A DNA stretch of 64,000 nucleotides from Octopus sinensis. Taxonomy: Eukaryota. Position numbers and translations under genes: made by a program. Location: the NCBI RefSeq assembly GCF_006345805.1, contig NC_042998.1, positions 113,894,001-113,958,000 on the forward strand, given 5' to 3'. Shown piece by piece: positions 1 through 12,164 of the stretch (position 1 is its first letter; every line of letters starts with the position of its first letter). A model generated the notes under the pieces. The model ran no database searches and was not told the origin of the DNA. It saw nothing but the letters and a program-made list of their open reading frames with translations.

Positions 1-186
1 GTTTTCAATATGGTGGACAAGGCCTTGCAGGCATGTGAACAATTATTCAGAATCCATTGTTTTGTTTTCCATGTATAGTATCCTTCTTTTAGTTTGGTAT
101 TCACCATCTCCCATTTTCGCTTATTTATTTATTTGTTTATTTATTTATTCACTTTCCTCTTACTATTTCTCTTCCTCTCTCTCTAG

Positions 187-240
187 ATACATACCTACCT
201 GCAAAGACATCGAAAACGGCTGAGAGACTGAGAAATCGTC
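187..240 (+). other. Candidate 54-nt internal exon of an unidentified host gene
   Basis: Long polypyrimidine tract ending CTCTCTAG (185-186) and GTAAGA donor at 241. One open frame (TYLPAKTSKTAERLRNR, phase 1-1). No homology recognised. Confidence 0.3.
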
Positions 241-346
241 GTAAGATTGTGTTTATTATCGAAACGATAAACATAATCTCACTAGTTTTGGTTATAAAAG
301 AAATCGAAATCATAAACTATATTTTTCTCAAACTATATTTTTCTTA

Positions 347-578
347 AAGGCGGCGAGCTGGCAGAAACGTTAGCATGTCGGGCGAAATGCTTTGCCGTAT
401 TTCATCTATCGTTACGTTCCGAGTTCAAATTCCGCCGAGGTCGACTTTGCCTTTCGTCCTTTCGGGGTCGATAAATTAAGTACCAGTTACGCACTGGGTT
501 CGATGTAATCGACTTAATCCCTTTGCCTGTCCTTGTTTGTCCCCTCTGTGTTTAGCCCTTTGTGGGTAGTAAAGCAAT
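347..578 (+). mobile_element. tRNA-derived SINE, type A (Octopus-like; central Deu/Nin-like domain)
   Basis: Head GGCGGCGAGCTGGCAGAAACGTTAGC, B-box-like GAGTTCAAATTCC, core GTCGACTTTGCCTTTCGTCCTTTCGGGGTCGATAAATTAAGTACC. Flanking 15-bp direct repeat TATATTTTTCTCAAA (318-332 and 580-594). Related copies at 37546, 40015, 55757, 55990. Confidence 0.85.
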
Positions 579-1802
579 ATATATTTTTCTCAAAATTATG
601 AATTCAATAATTACTAATTTCAATGGCTTGAAATGAAATAAGATTCGTTGGTCGGATATATGAACACAATAAAAGTATTAAGAACTACATTATTTCATCA
701 CTTACGAGAAGCGACATTTGGTAAACGTAAAAATGTGGTTGATTATAATTTACAAAAGAGAGAAAAGTACAATAATAACAATAAGCGATCATAACACTAA
801 ACTACACAAGTCGATATTGAGTGTAACAGAAGACCAGAGTCCGATTGGTTATATGTGGCTTCGTCTAGCCGCCTTTGCTAATAACTGCATTATGGATTAT
901 GGGAGCTCAGGATATAAACCATTGAAATGTGTTCTTAACCAAATGATTCGAGGAAAGATTATTTAATTTTTGAAGCACATGCTACGAAACATACTGCTTG
1001 AGTTGTATTGGCAGGGATCAACTGTATGGGGAGGTTTGGGTTAGTATTTATAGCAAAGTAATGAATCCTCTTTTTCGAAAGTATACGCATTTTACAGTCT
1101 CTTTCTACAACTGTTAAAGAGTATCTCGAAGATACTAAAGACATAAAGTCAAAATAATAAAATGTCTCTATGGACCTAGAACACTATAATTCATGTTGCG
1201 ATAATTGTCAGATATACATAAATAGCTACACTGCTCACACACACAAAAAAAAACTGAAAATGAAAATAGATATATATGATGATAGTAAATATAGAACACG
1301 CGTATATAAATCGATGCACTTGCAACAGAAATATGTGAGATTATGAGTAGCTGAAAGAATTTCAATCAAAATTAATAAGCAGTCTCTTAGAGATAAGAAA
1401 AAGTCATTAAAAATTACAGGTGTTCCCACTGACCAAGAAATGAGTTTATTTTGGAGAAAAAAGCTAAAATAGTGAAAGTGCAATAAATCTAGAAGAATTG
1501 CTCCGCAGTAGACCAAAACTATACAATATGAATGGGAATATCATTGACATTAATAAAATGAAATTTCGAGAAAGGAAAGTACAAGGAAGAGAATTGGTTG
1601 TCGAACACTGATACAAAAAAAATAATCAAAAAGCAAAAAACAAAAACAAAAAAGTCCCCTCATCAGTCTTCACCAACAAGCTCTCAGTGACGTTATAAAG
1701 TACTAAGTGGTTGGTATTGACAGAATTGATGTCTAAAAGCAAAGCCATCTGCATAGAGAATTGAATGACGCAACTGCATGCCAGAACTAAATGTATGGAA
1801 TA

Positions 1803-2258
1803 TAGGCGCAGGCGTGGCTCCGTGGTAAGAAGCTTACTTCCCAACCAGTTCCGCTGCGTGGCACCTTGGGTAAGTGTCTTCTATAGTCTCGGGTCGACCA
1901 AGTGGATTTGGCAGACGGAAAGAAGCCCGTCGTAACATATATATATATATATATATTTATATACATAGATACATACATATATATGTGTGTATATACATAC
2001 ATACATACATACATATGTATATATATATATATATCTGTGTGTGTATCTTTCTGTCTGTTTTTGTCCCCCCAGCATCATTTGACAACCGATGATGGTGTGC
2101 TTACGACTCCGTAACAGTTCGACAAAAGGGACCGATAAGAAAAGTACTAGGCTTACAAAGAATAAGTCCTGGGGACGATTTCTTTGGCTAAAACCCTTTA
2201 AGGTGGTGCTCCTGCACGGCCGCATTCAAATGACTGAAACAAAAAAAAAAAAAAGAAT
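1803..2258 (+). mobile_element. tRNA-derived SINE, type B (internal TA/CA microsatellite)
   Basis: Head TAGGCGCAGGCGTGGCTCCGTGGTAAG, GGCACCTTGGGTAAGTGTCTT, GGATTTGGCAGACGGAA, internal microsatellite, tail GGTGGTGCTCCTGCACGGCCGCATTCAAATGACTGAAACAAAA. Matches copies at 19661, 46256, 50003. Confidence 0.85.
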
Positions 2259-3087
2259 AAACCAACTTGAAGCTATGATTTCACTGACTTCATCAAAAAC
2301 CAAAAACAGCTGAAAAGAAAGAAGGTCGAAAGTGTATCAACAAAACTGTGAAGGCGGATATGTAGTGACATAGCAGAAATTTTATCGGATCAAGAAAACT
2401 TTCCATTATTCATGAATGTTAGAGACTCTCCAGCTTTTGAATGGTAAGAGACAATCTAGTTTCGTCCTTCACTACAATATTAAAAACTAAATACAAGGGC
2501 TGGTAGTATTGTTTCTGATAGGTTAAAGTTTTGGAACGAGATGTTTCGGGGAAATGTTTTCTATATGTTACTGTGATACTTGCCTCTTATCATTTTTGTT
2601 AAGAAAATGTGAAGCACCTATGATTAGCTCATAAGATGGCAGAAACACCAACCAGATCCCAGCAGCTCCTCTTTTGTGTGTTCTGCCTGAAAGTAATACT
2701 AAAAGAATAGAATGATATGAAAGAGAGCATTGACAAAGGGTGGAATTTCTTTGGATTACTAATTTTACCTAATAGTAAAATGAGGAGAAACTACAAGCCA
2801 GTGTATCAAGTGATTGAGTATTTTCCTACCATCCAACGAGCAGCGCTCAATGCGATTAGGAATAGAGGAAATCATGCTAAATGACACGTGTACTGAGAAT
2901 TCGTAAGTCATTTAAAACTTGGGGGAAAAAAAGCTACGCGGAATTCTCTGCATAAATACACAATTGATACATATTTTTGCTGTCACAGAAACCATAGTAT
3001 ACACACACACACGCATATATGTGAGTGTGTGTGCGTGCGCGTGCGTTTGTGCGTGCGTGTGTGTGTCATTGACTTTGTATTTAGGCT

Positions 3088-3283
3088 CCCATCGCTTGAT
3101 AACCAGTGTTGCTTTGTTTACGTTCCCGTAATGTAGCTGTTCGGTAAAAGTGACGGATAAAATAAGTACCAAACTGAAAAAAACCCCAACAAACTATAAG
3201 CATGTGTTCGAATTGTTTGATTGGAACCTTCAAGACTGTGCTCCAGCATGGCCGCAGTTGAATAAATGCCACAAGCGAAAGAT
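3088..3283 (+). mobile_element. SINE type B, 3' half (diverged)
   Basis: ATCGCTTGATAACC...GTTCGGTAAAAG...ATAAGTACC...GTGCTCCAGCATGGCCGCAG aligns by eye to the type B 3' half and follows a CA/TG microsatellite. Confidence 0.6.
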
Positions 3284-4950
3284 GAAAATTAAAATATATG
3301 GATATAAATGTATACACATCTATATCTATATGTATTCATGTATATGTCTGTGCCTGTGCAAGAGTGTGAGTGGATCTATAAGCTTAAACAAAGAGTAAAA
3401 GAACAGAAACAAAAAGTAGAAATGAATTGAACGTTTTTCTTATTGATAGCAGTGTGAACAATAAGAATATAACTAGCGATGTGTTTACTATGCTGCTGTT
3501 TGGTGGTGATTACTTAAAAGCTTACTTAAATGTTGTAAACATTGAGCCAATGTAGAAATGTTTGCCAGTAAGTAGACAAACGAACCAGAAATAGGAAAAC
3601 TTTCTAACCAGTTAGTTTCTCACATTATTGTTTCATTAAAGGGTATATTTCCCTGATATCAGGAGAGAAATATGTTTTCGGGGTGTTTTCTTTGAATAAA
3701 GCAATTATTTGTATTAACAAAATAGTTCGGTGTAAAGAGAAACTAGTGTTTGATAAATTATTCAAAAATTGTTTTCTCTCTTATGTTACTAATACATTGA
3801 GAATTACTAATTTCGCTTTTGGCTGTTCTATGTAACACAGTATAAGTTTCTTCATCGCTCGTTGAGTGCAACTGTAAGTAGCATCCAACGAAGAGTGTTA
3901 ACATTAATAGCGTTTGGAATTGTTGCAGGGTTGTACACCTTTCACAATATAAAATAGTTTAACTGTCTCTGAGGCATTTCACTCCAAATATTTACCATCA
4001 CCAAACTGCATTACATTGCTTCTATAAGCTATTTACATTTCTTTGATATAATTCGCTTTCAGAATATTGTCAGTTGCTCTTGCGTTAAGTTGATTTTGAC
4101 GCGGTTTTCATGTCTTGTTATAGATATTTCTCTTACTTTGTGTCACTAACACTTTCGATATAAGAATAAACAATGCACTCTAAGAAATAAAAATGTTATC
4201 AGCCAATGAAGACCATCATAGAGTAGATGTAAACTTTACATAAACTGGACATGGAAGCCGGTTTCGATACTCAGTTGAATTAATTTATATAATTTTCACT
4301 ATGTAAGAATTTATTCAACCCAGTTCTACGGCATTCAGGGCTCAGAAACCTTGTTTGATAATTTTAAGACAGATAACGTAGATTATCTATTAGACATAAG
4401 AACATATTGACCCGATCCGACAATACGATTTCCATACTTTTAATAAAACCATTCTTCCCAAATTCTTCCAATCCGTTCATTTTTAACGCACACACATACG
4501 CGCGCACACACGCTCAAACACACGTATACATGCACACGCATACACATACACACACACACATATAGCCAACCTTTTGGGTGGTAGAGATTATCGGCGAATG
4601 GTTTAGCGTCATCATCCTTCACTACCTTTTGTGGAATCCATGGAGTCATATTTCTGGTTTAAGATGTAGGTTTGAGATGTAAGATGTCTCTCAAGTAACC
4701 CAAAACATGATAAAGCGAACCTAATAATGCCAATGTAATATGGTCCCTGAATAATTTTCCATTATTCTCAAGTATTGCACAGCGAATCTTTTATACTATT
4801 ACTACATCAACCTATACTGGCTCTATGTTACATACATGTATACCATTTTCCTTCACCTAGTTCCACCCAACTCACCTGTTACTCATCCTCGCTTTGCCTC
4901 TGCTGTGTTTCATCCTTCTGATTGACCTTGGACAAAACACTTTTTCGTAT

Positions 4951-5256
4951 TGACTCAGCGGTTAGAATGTCGGGCTCACAATCATGAGATAGTGAATTCG
5001 ATTCCCTGACCGAGCTCCGTGTTGTATTCTTGAGCCAGACACTTTATTTCACGTTGCTCCAATTCACTCAGCTGTGGAAATGAGTTACGACGTCACTGGT
5101 GCCAAGCTGTATCTTGGATAACATCAGTGGAGTGGAGTATGCATGGGTGACTGCTGGTCTTCCATAAACAACCTTGCCTGGAATTGTACTTTGGAGGGGA
5201 ACTTTTTAGGGGTAATCCCATGGTTGTTCATGATTGAAGGGTGTTTTTACCCTTTA
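4951..5256 (+). mobile_element. tRNA-derived SINE, type C (CORE-like segment)
   Basis: A/B-box-like head (CTCAGCGGTTAG...GAATTCGATTCC) and TTCTTGAGCCAGACACTTTATTTCACGTTGCTCCAATTCACTCAGCTG, shared with 19184, 42495, 44657. Confidence 0.75.
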
Positions 5257-5852
5257 ATCTTTACTATCCAGGAGACCAGCTCGTTAGAATTTACTCTGTC
5301 GCTGCTTTTCTGAAGATGTTGCTTAAAAGGTTTTCAAATTAAATGTAAACGACGATGTTATTCTTATCAATCTGTGGTGAATGACATGAAATTATGTGCA
5401 ATGCCTTCCTACTCTGACAAAACTCAAACAAACTAATAACCCCAATAATAATTCCACAGAGAGACTATAATGTCTTAAACATATAAATGCTATTTCTTTA
5501 ATTTTTGACTGATTCTATGTTGAGCGATTTAGGAAAGAGTTTAAAGTGAGTTAAATGTCAGTGCACACCAGCATTTGCTCTGATGTCTACTCCAACTTCC
5601 TGATAACATCCACATAATTATAAGGGCTGAGATGAATCGGTGTAAAATATTTGATAGTGTTCCACATTAATCCCTATACCCAGTTCTTTTGTAATGAGTT
5701 TGGGAGTGACGTGAAGCAAATTAGCGGACTGACAATTCTTGATGCGTCGAATGTTTTGTGGGCAAATTGTACAATTCCAAATATAGATACAGGACACTAT
5801 CGTGAGTATCACCTGAAATTCAGGGAAGGTTAGAAATTGATTGTGCATAAAG

Positions 5853-6266
5853 TAAACTTCTTACTCGGAAGAGAATTGACAGTTTTTGTAATATTAAGAA
5901 TGAAAATTCCTCAAGCAAATCTGTCAGAGATAGCGAAGCCTGAAAGTTTAATCGATGGTTAGGATCTTGTTTGATGTTGCTCATATTTAAATGATGTGAC
6001 TGTCTGTTCTTGATGTTACATTGAATATAGAGTGTCATGTCTAAATATCTCGTCATTATGTACGCCGCTTACCGATTAAAACGTCTAACGGGTTCTTTGA
6101 AAATAAATAATGTGTCAAATGAGAATATATTATTTCTGAAAATTTAAGCATCGATGGTCCATGTCCTGAGTCTTCATTTCAGGATCATGAAGATAAGTTT
6201 CACACCCTGTCACCAGATTAAAGTGCAATTTCGATCATTCTCTCCCGCACTTTGCTGCCAAGACAT
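5853..6266 (-). repeat. Inverted near-identical copy of 9258-9720 (with a 49-bp internal deletion)
   Basis: 5853-6221 is the reverse complement of 9352-9720 (one mismatch seen). 6222-6266 matches 9258-9302. The ORF track gives identical peptides on opposite strands. Confidence 0.95.
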
Positions 6267-8921
6267 GCCATCAAGGAATGTTAAGCTCGGCGTATCCGAT
6301 AACGAGCCTCATATCCCTTTTACAGTAAAAACCACAGAGAATTGATTCTATTTTATAGTATTTACTCACAGTTAGATAGACTGAATTATTTGAAATTAAT
6401 CCGGATCACTGAGATGATTGTTTATTAATCAAACCCTTGGATTATCTGTGCTCTGAATTACGATATCAAGTGCTAAAAAAATCTACACTAATTTAGCATG
6501 AGATGAAACGTACTACGCAGTGCAAGAGGACATTCTGTTTTAAAATAATCTTAATTAATATTACAAGTTTATCTCCACTACCCTTCTTGACCAGAATTAA
6601 TATATAAATTAGTAAGTCTCTCTTCTCACAACGTTCGCAATTTAATTAGAATACATGTTTGAGATTCGTTGTGCTACGTATGTTAGCACTCATCTTACCA
6701 TTTGATTTTCATACAAAAAGGTTCCCTGGGTAGAGGATAAGAGTCTATTTCAGAGACATGAGGTCTTGATACTATTTTAATCATCAGTGTCGAAGTCTGT
6801 GAAAATATATACGACCCTCATATAAGCTATATACAGCAATTATATAATTTAAAGATGGATATCGATTCTTGAATTGTACACTTCGTTTCCTCTATTTTTG
6901 TCAGAAATACATATCCTTTGAGAAATATTTTTGTGACCAGTGATAGATAATTTTTCTGATGAATAAATCACTTTTCTGTTAAATGTAAAGCCAAAGTTGC
7001 TGTCAGTATAAAATATCAAATTCAGGCTGATACAAAAAGAAATTCTACGGAGTCAATTGACCTGCTAGAGATAGCCGCTAAATTTCCTGTCGGTTATACA
7101 ATCATCATTCAGTATGATAACTAAAACTTCATTGGGTAATCTAATACTAGATGCATGATACACGGGGAAAAAGTATGATGGTTATGGTTGGAATGGTTAT
7201 ATTTGATTATAGGCCAGTCAAAACCGACCTGAGACAACAACAATAAAAGCAACGGTATTAAATTTAAGATGTCTTGACATCTTTCAAAATTTACTTCATT
7301 TCTATCTGTCTGTTTGTCTACGTTTATCTCTGTCGGTCTGTCTGTCTGTCTGTCTCCCTCCATACATGCGATACATGCGTATATCCTTATGAATGAGTTA
7401 TATGTAATAACATTACGATGGCGACATTTAGCTGTTATTTAATTTTTGATAATTTATTGGAACGCATATTTTAAATTGAATTATTTAAATAGTTGACTGG
7501 AATTTGAAGCACAGGCCCATTTCACAAATACTCATATTTGATATCGATTAACTAAGCTTCTCTGATGGAAGCAAATATTATAGATGTAATTGACCGTAAT
7601 AATATGGTAAAAATCTTGTAGGATATTTGCGTCAGTTAATTCTCCTTACGGCCGAGATGAGAGTAAAATGATATTTTATCATAATAAGTTTGCATACATC
7701 TTAAAAGTCTTTACAAATAAACCATGTATGAGAAGCAAAATTGTTATAATATTCTTCGGAGGCAGAAAAATTTGATAATAATTATTTTGATATCAGAGAC
7801 ACAATCTTGTTTCACTTTGGAGCTTTTGATAGTTGCATTTCGTTCTAGAATATAATGATTTTCGAAGTAAAATAAATAGATGAATAAAAACAAAAATTTA
7901 TTTTTAGATAAAATAGAATTAAAAAATTCTATAAATTCTTTACGCGTTTTTTGACATTTGCTTTGCAAGGACTTCACCAGTAACTTCAGTCATATACAAC
8001 ATAAAACTGATCAATTTCGTTTGAATCTAATTAAGCTGACACTTGCCGAAGTTCTGTGTAATTATCAGAAGTTCTTACATATTTTTATCCCATCATACGT
8101 ATTTTGTCATCCACCTTTTTAGAACACTTGCTGCATAATGTAATTTACGGTAATTGAATGAAATATCGGAAATGTTGTTGACACCTGTCTTAGGAAATTA
8201 AATTACCTGTAAAATACTCTCTCGTCATCAGAAACAATATCACTTGATCCATCATCAAAACACGCGTCCAATTGGAAATCAAATTCGTATAATAAAAAGA
8301 AGAAAGGCCGCGTAAATCTACATAAAAGGCTTAATTGACGTAAGAGTGAGAAAGTAAAAGAGATAGAAAGAGAGAGAGAGAGAGAGAGAGAGAAAGGGAG
8401 GGAGAGAAAAAGAGAGCATGAAATTGAGTGTGAAAGACTTACGAATATCTATTGTTATAATTTTTAGATATTTGATGCTATTGAAAAGAATGCCTCATAG
8501 CGCTTGATTTCCATACGATAAAATCTCTTAACGATTTCTTAAACTCATCTTCAAGATCGCGTTGATACCAGTTTGCTACTAGTGTATGTATCTCTCACAT
8601 TGTTACAACTAAGACAATGGTAGTGAGTGTTAGAAACAGTGGCCTACTGTAATTCTAATTAACGAAACAGAGCGAACATGAACATTGAAGTATGATAACT
8701 AAAACATTGTTTAATTAAATATACGTCGTGTTCAAATGACGTTATATTATGTTGATAAATAGTGCAGAAAGTGTGAAATAGAAATAGTAAAGATTCATTT
8801 TAAGAGTAAAATAGCGAGCAGATATTTATGCCTTTAGAAATAACTATATATATGTGTGTATTAATTACCACTGAATTAGTAATGATGTATTAGAAAATTC
8901 ATAAATATAACATGATTAGCT

Positions 8922-8934
8922 GTCTGTCTATCTG

Positions 8935-9017
<83 letters not shown>

Positions 9018-9138
9018 GTATGTCTGTCTATCTGTCTGTCTGTCTGTCTATCAAGCTATCTATGCATGTATAAAATGCTCGTCTATCTTTTTACACGTAC
9101 ACACACACGCGCATGCACGTAGGCATGCAGCCACGCAC

Positions 9139-9186
<48 letters not shown>
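8922..9186. repeat. (TATC)n/(TGTC)n followed by (CA)n microsatellites
   Basis: Direct reading. Confidence 0.95.
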
Positions 9187-9188
<2 letters not shown>

Positions 9189-9199
9189 GACTGTGATTA

Positions 9200-10120
9200 T
9201 GATGCATTAACAAAAATAGTGGAAACCTTTCCGTGTCAGAAAATGTACGCAAAGTGGATGTCTTGGCAGCAAAGTGCGGGAGAGAATGATCGAAATTGCA
9301 CTAATCTGCTGGAAGCATTTTAAAACCAACGAAGGTACATTTTCTTCTTTTTTAATCTGGTGACAGGGTGTGAAACTTATCTTCATGATCCTGAAATGAA
9401 GACTCAGGACATGGACCATCGATGCTTAAATTTTCAGAAATAATATATTCTCATTTGACACATTATTTATTTTCAAAGAACCCGTTAGACGTTTTAATCG
9501 GTAAGCGGCGTACATAATGACGAGATATTTAGACATGACACTCTATATTCAATGTAACATTAAGAACAGACAGTCACATCATTTAAATATGAGCAACATC
9601 AAACAAGATCCTAACCATCGATTAAACTTTCAGGCTTCGCTATCTCTGACAGATTTGCTTGAGGAATTTTCATTCTTAATATTACAAAAACTGTCAATTC
9701 TCTTCCGAGTAAGAAGTTTACATGGACCATCGATCGATGCAGAAAGTCATGGCGAAAGTCATGTCTGCTAAAAAGAGCACCGTTTCCGTGTATGTTCTAG
9801 AACGTCGCTGTATAATGAACAGCGAGTAGTACATTGAAACACTGAAAAACGTAGACAATCCTTTCTGAGAAAGAAACCTAACAAGACTTTAAAAACGATC
9901 TTAAGATGTGTGTGCCAGATCCATATAATCTGCATCTGGCGTCCTCCGACCAGTCAATCCCAATGAAGGAAACTCTCTGAGGACAATGATTTGATAATAC
10001 AGACGAAAGGAATCTGGATTTGAAGAAATGACTTCAACAGTGCATGTCGAATATTTTCGAAAGAAAATTTTCCATAATCACAAAAATGTATCGCTTCTGA
10101 TGGAGACTACGTTAAACAGA
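9200..10120 (+). pseudogene. Decayed mariner-type transposase, interrupted by a 296-bp insertion (9424-9719)
   Basis: Translated motifs with stops and frameshifts: QKMYAKWM (RKVCARWV-like), LVTGCETYLHDPEMKTQ (IVTGDETW..YDPETK-like), QKVMAKV, NSE*YIETLK, PYNLHLASSD (PYSPDLAPSD-like), QKCIASDGDYV. Confidence 0.85.
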
Positions 10121-10229
10121 TTACTCTACCAGCATGTGCTATTTGAAATTATACATGTGGTCACTTTTACATTTCTTTAGGGAACCATCGTATAGCTCTC
10201 AGTCACTCTATAATCTCTGTCTCTATCTC

Positions 10230-10231
<2 letters not shown>

Positions 10232-10268
<37 letters not shown>

Positions 10269-10300
10269 TATATCTATTATATATATATATATATATAATA

Positions 10301-10336
<36 letters not shown>

Positions 10337-10482
10337 TGTATGTATGTATGTATGTATGTATGTATGTATGCATATATGTATATATGTATGTATATATGTA
10401 TGTATGTATATATGTATGTATGTATGTATGTATATATATATATATAGTTATATATATATAGTTATATATATAGTTATATATA
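10232..10482. repeat. (TA)n/(TATG)n compound microsatellite
   Basis: Direct reading. Confidence 0.95.
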
Positions 10483-10524
10483 TGCGAAGGAAGGTTTGAA
10501 AATGCAATTTTAAAAGATGTTTAT

Positions 10525-10568
10525 TTACTTTACCGGTTTCACTCTTTGGAAAAAATTGTCAAAAGTAA
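10525..10568 (-). ncRNA. Degenerate minimal type I hammerhead ribozyme motif
   Basis: Minus strand TTACTT-TTGACAA-ttttttccaaagagt-GAAA-CCGG-TA-AAGTAA. 6-bp stem I and ACCGGT stem III palindrome, but the core has 2 changes from CTGACGA and stem II is eroded. Confidence 0.4.
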
Positions 10569-10620
10569 CATGTAGAAGTTTGGTTGCGTTAATTATTGGT
10601 TGTTACAAAATGCTACATTA

Positions 10621-10987
10621 CATATATACAGTCTTTGGTAACAAGGACATGTTAAGGACATAAAAAAGTTTAACAAGTTCCTTAAAATATTGGGCACAAA
10701 AGATTACAACATAAATAATCATTCTCAAGAACATGTTAAAGATAGTTTCCAGAAGGAATTATTAAAAAGTTCAGTGAGATATTGGTATTGTATCTGTATA
10801 TCAAACACGCACAGAATATTGGTTGACACAGAGTACTACAATACATATATATACATTCTTTGGTGACAAGGGCATGTTAAGAACATAAAAAAGTTTAACA
10901 AGTTCATTGAAATATTGGGCACAAAAGATTACAACAAATATATTATACATTCTCAAGATAATTACCAGAAGGAATTATTAAAAAGTT
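10621..10987. repeat. Diverged direct duplication (~150 bp; 10621-10771 and 10844-10987)
   Basis: Both copies read CATATATA..TCTTTGGT.ACAAGG.CATGTTAAG.ACATAAAAAAGTTTAACAAGTTC...CCAGAAGGAATTATTAAAAAGTT. Confidence 0.8.
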
Positions 10988-11771
10988 ACCATAGGGTGGG
11001 TTCTTGGTATTAATTTCTTGTGAGTAATTTTTTTACGTCAAATTTTTAAACTTTACTTAAGTTTACTCGGTTTATCATAAGTTTCGAGAATTATATTTGT
11101 ATCTTATTTATACAGAGCTACTGAATAACTCCTCCCTTTAAAACCTTGACCCCCTTCTAACTGTACCCTCCTGCTAATAACTTGTAGTATTCCCTCATCC
11201 TTTAATAGCTCACTCTCTCATCTACGTTCTTTGACCTCGGATGGTAAATAATTATGTGCACTTAACATATTGGGCTTTTAGACTATTTGTTTAAACCATG
11301 TTTTCTTCTCTCTTCATTCTCCCTTTGTTTCTATTGTATGCTCTTGTTTTTCACTCTGATGAAGATCGGTTACCTTAATTTGAATGGCCTATGAAGATGA
11401 AGAATTTTATTCGCGCATTTATGTGCACTTAACATATTGGGCTTTTAGACTATTTGTTTAAACCATGTTTTCTTCTCTCTTCATTCTCCCTTTGTTTCTA
11501 TTGTATGCTCTTGTTTTTCACTCTGATGAAGAGAGATGAGAGAGTGAGCTATTAAAGGATGAGGGAATACTACAAGTTATTAGCAGGAGGGTACAGTTAG
11601 AAGGGGGTCAAGGTTTTAAAGGGAGGAGTTATTCAGTAGCTCTGTATAAATAAGATACAAATATAATTCTCGAAACTTATGATAAACCGAGTAAACTTAA
11701 GTAAAGTTTAAAAATTTGACGTAAAAAAATTACTCACAAGAAATTAATACCAAGAACCCACCCTATGGTAA
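10986..11771. repeat. Perfect 238-bp inverted repeat enclosing a 114-bp direct repeat
   Basis: 10986-11223 is the reverse complement of 11534-11771 (no mismatch seen). 11252-11365 equals 11419-11532. Confidence 0.95.
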
Positions 11772-12044
11772 ACAATGGAGTAAGCCTATGTCCAGCGGTC
11801 TCTACATTAGTCAGTAACAATTTAAAATAATTCACAAGTTAAAGCCGTCACAAAAAGTTTGTTTATAGATAACAAGAAGAAGAAAGGAAGGAAAAAAGGT
11901 CAGGGAGATATGACAATGAGAAGAATTTAAGGGCCGCTTATGTCAATCATTCTCTTAACGGTATAACATATGAGAAGGGAACATACAGACCAACAATTAA
12001 GTGGTTATAGGGAGGCAGAGTGATATATCTGTGTATATATAAAT

Positions 12045-12046
12045 AC

Positions 12047-12135
<89 letters not shown>

Positions 12136-12163
12136 ATCTATTATCTATCTATCTATCTATATC
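12045..12163. repeat. (ATCT)n microsatellite left of the Tx1-like element
   Basis: Direct reading. Confidence 0.95.
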
Positions 12164-12164
12164 T

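Noticed and set aside
2775-2902. Exon-like segment ending in GTAAGT (2903)
   Set aside because: Ambiguous weak acceptors, competing frames, one with a stop, and no recognisable homology.
6738-6790. Minus-strand CTGATGA...GAAA
   Set aside because: No pairing stems I or III; chance match.
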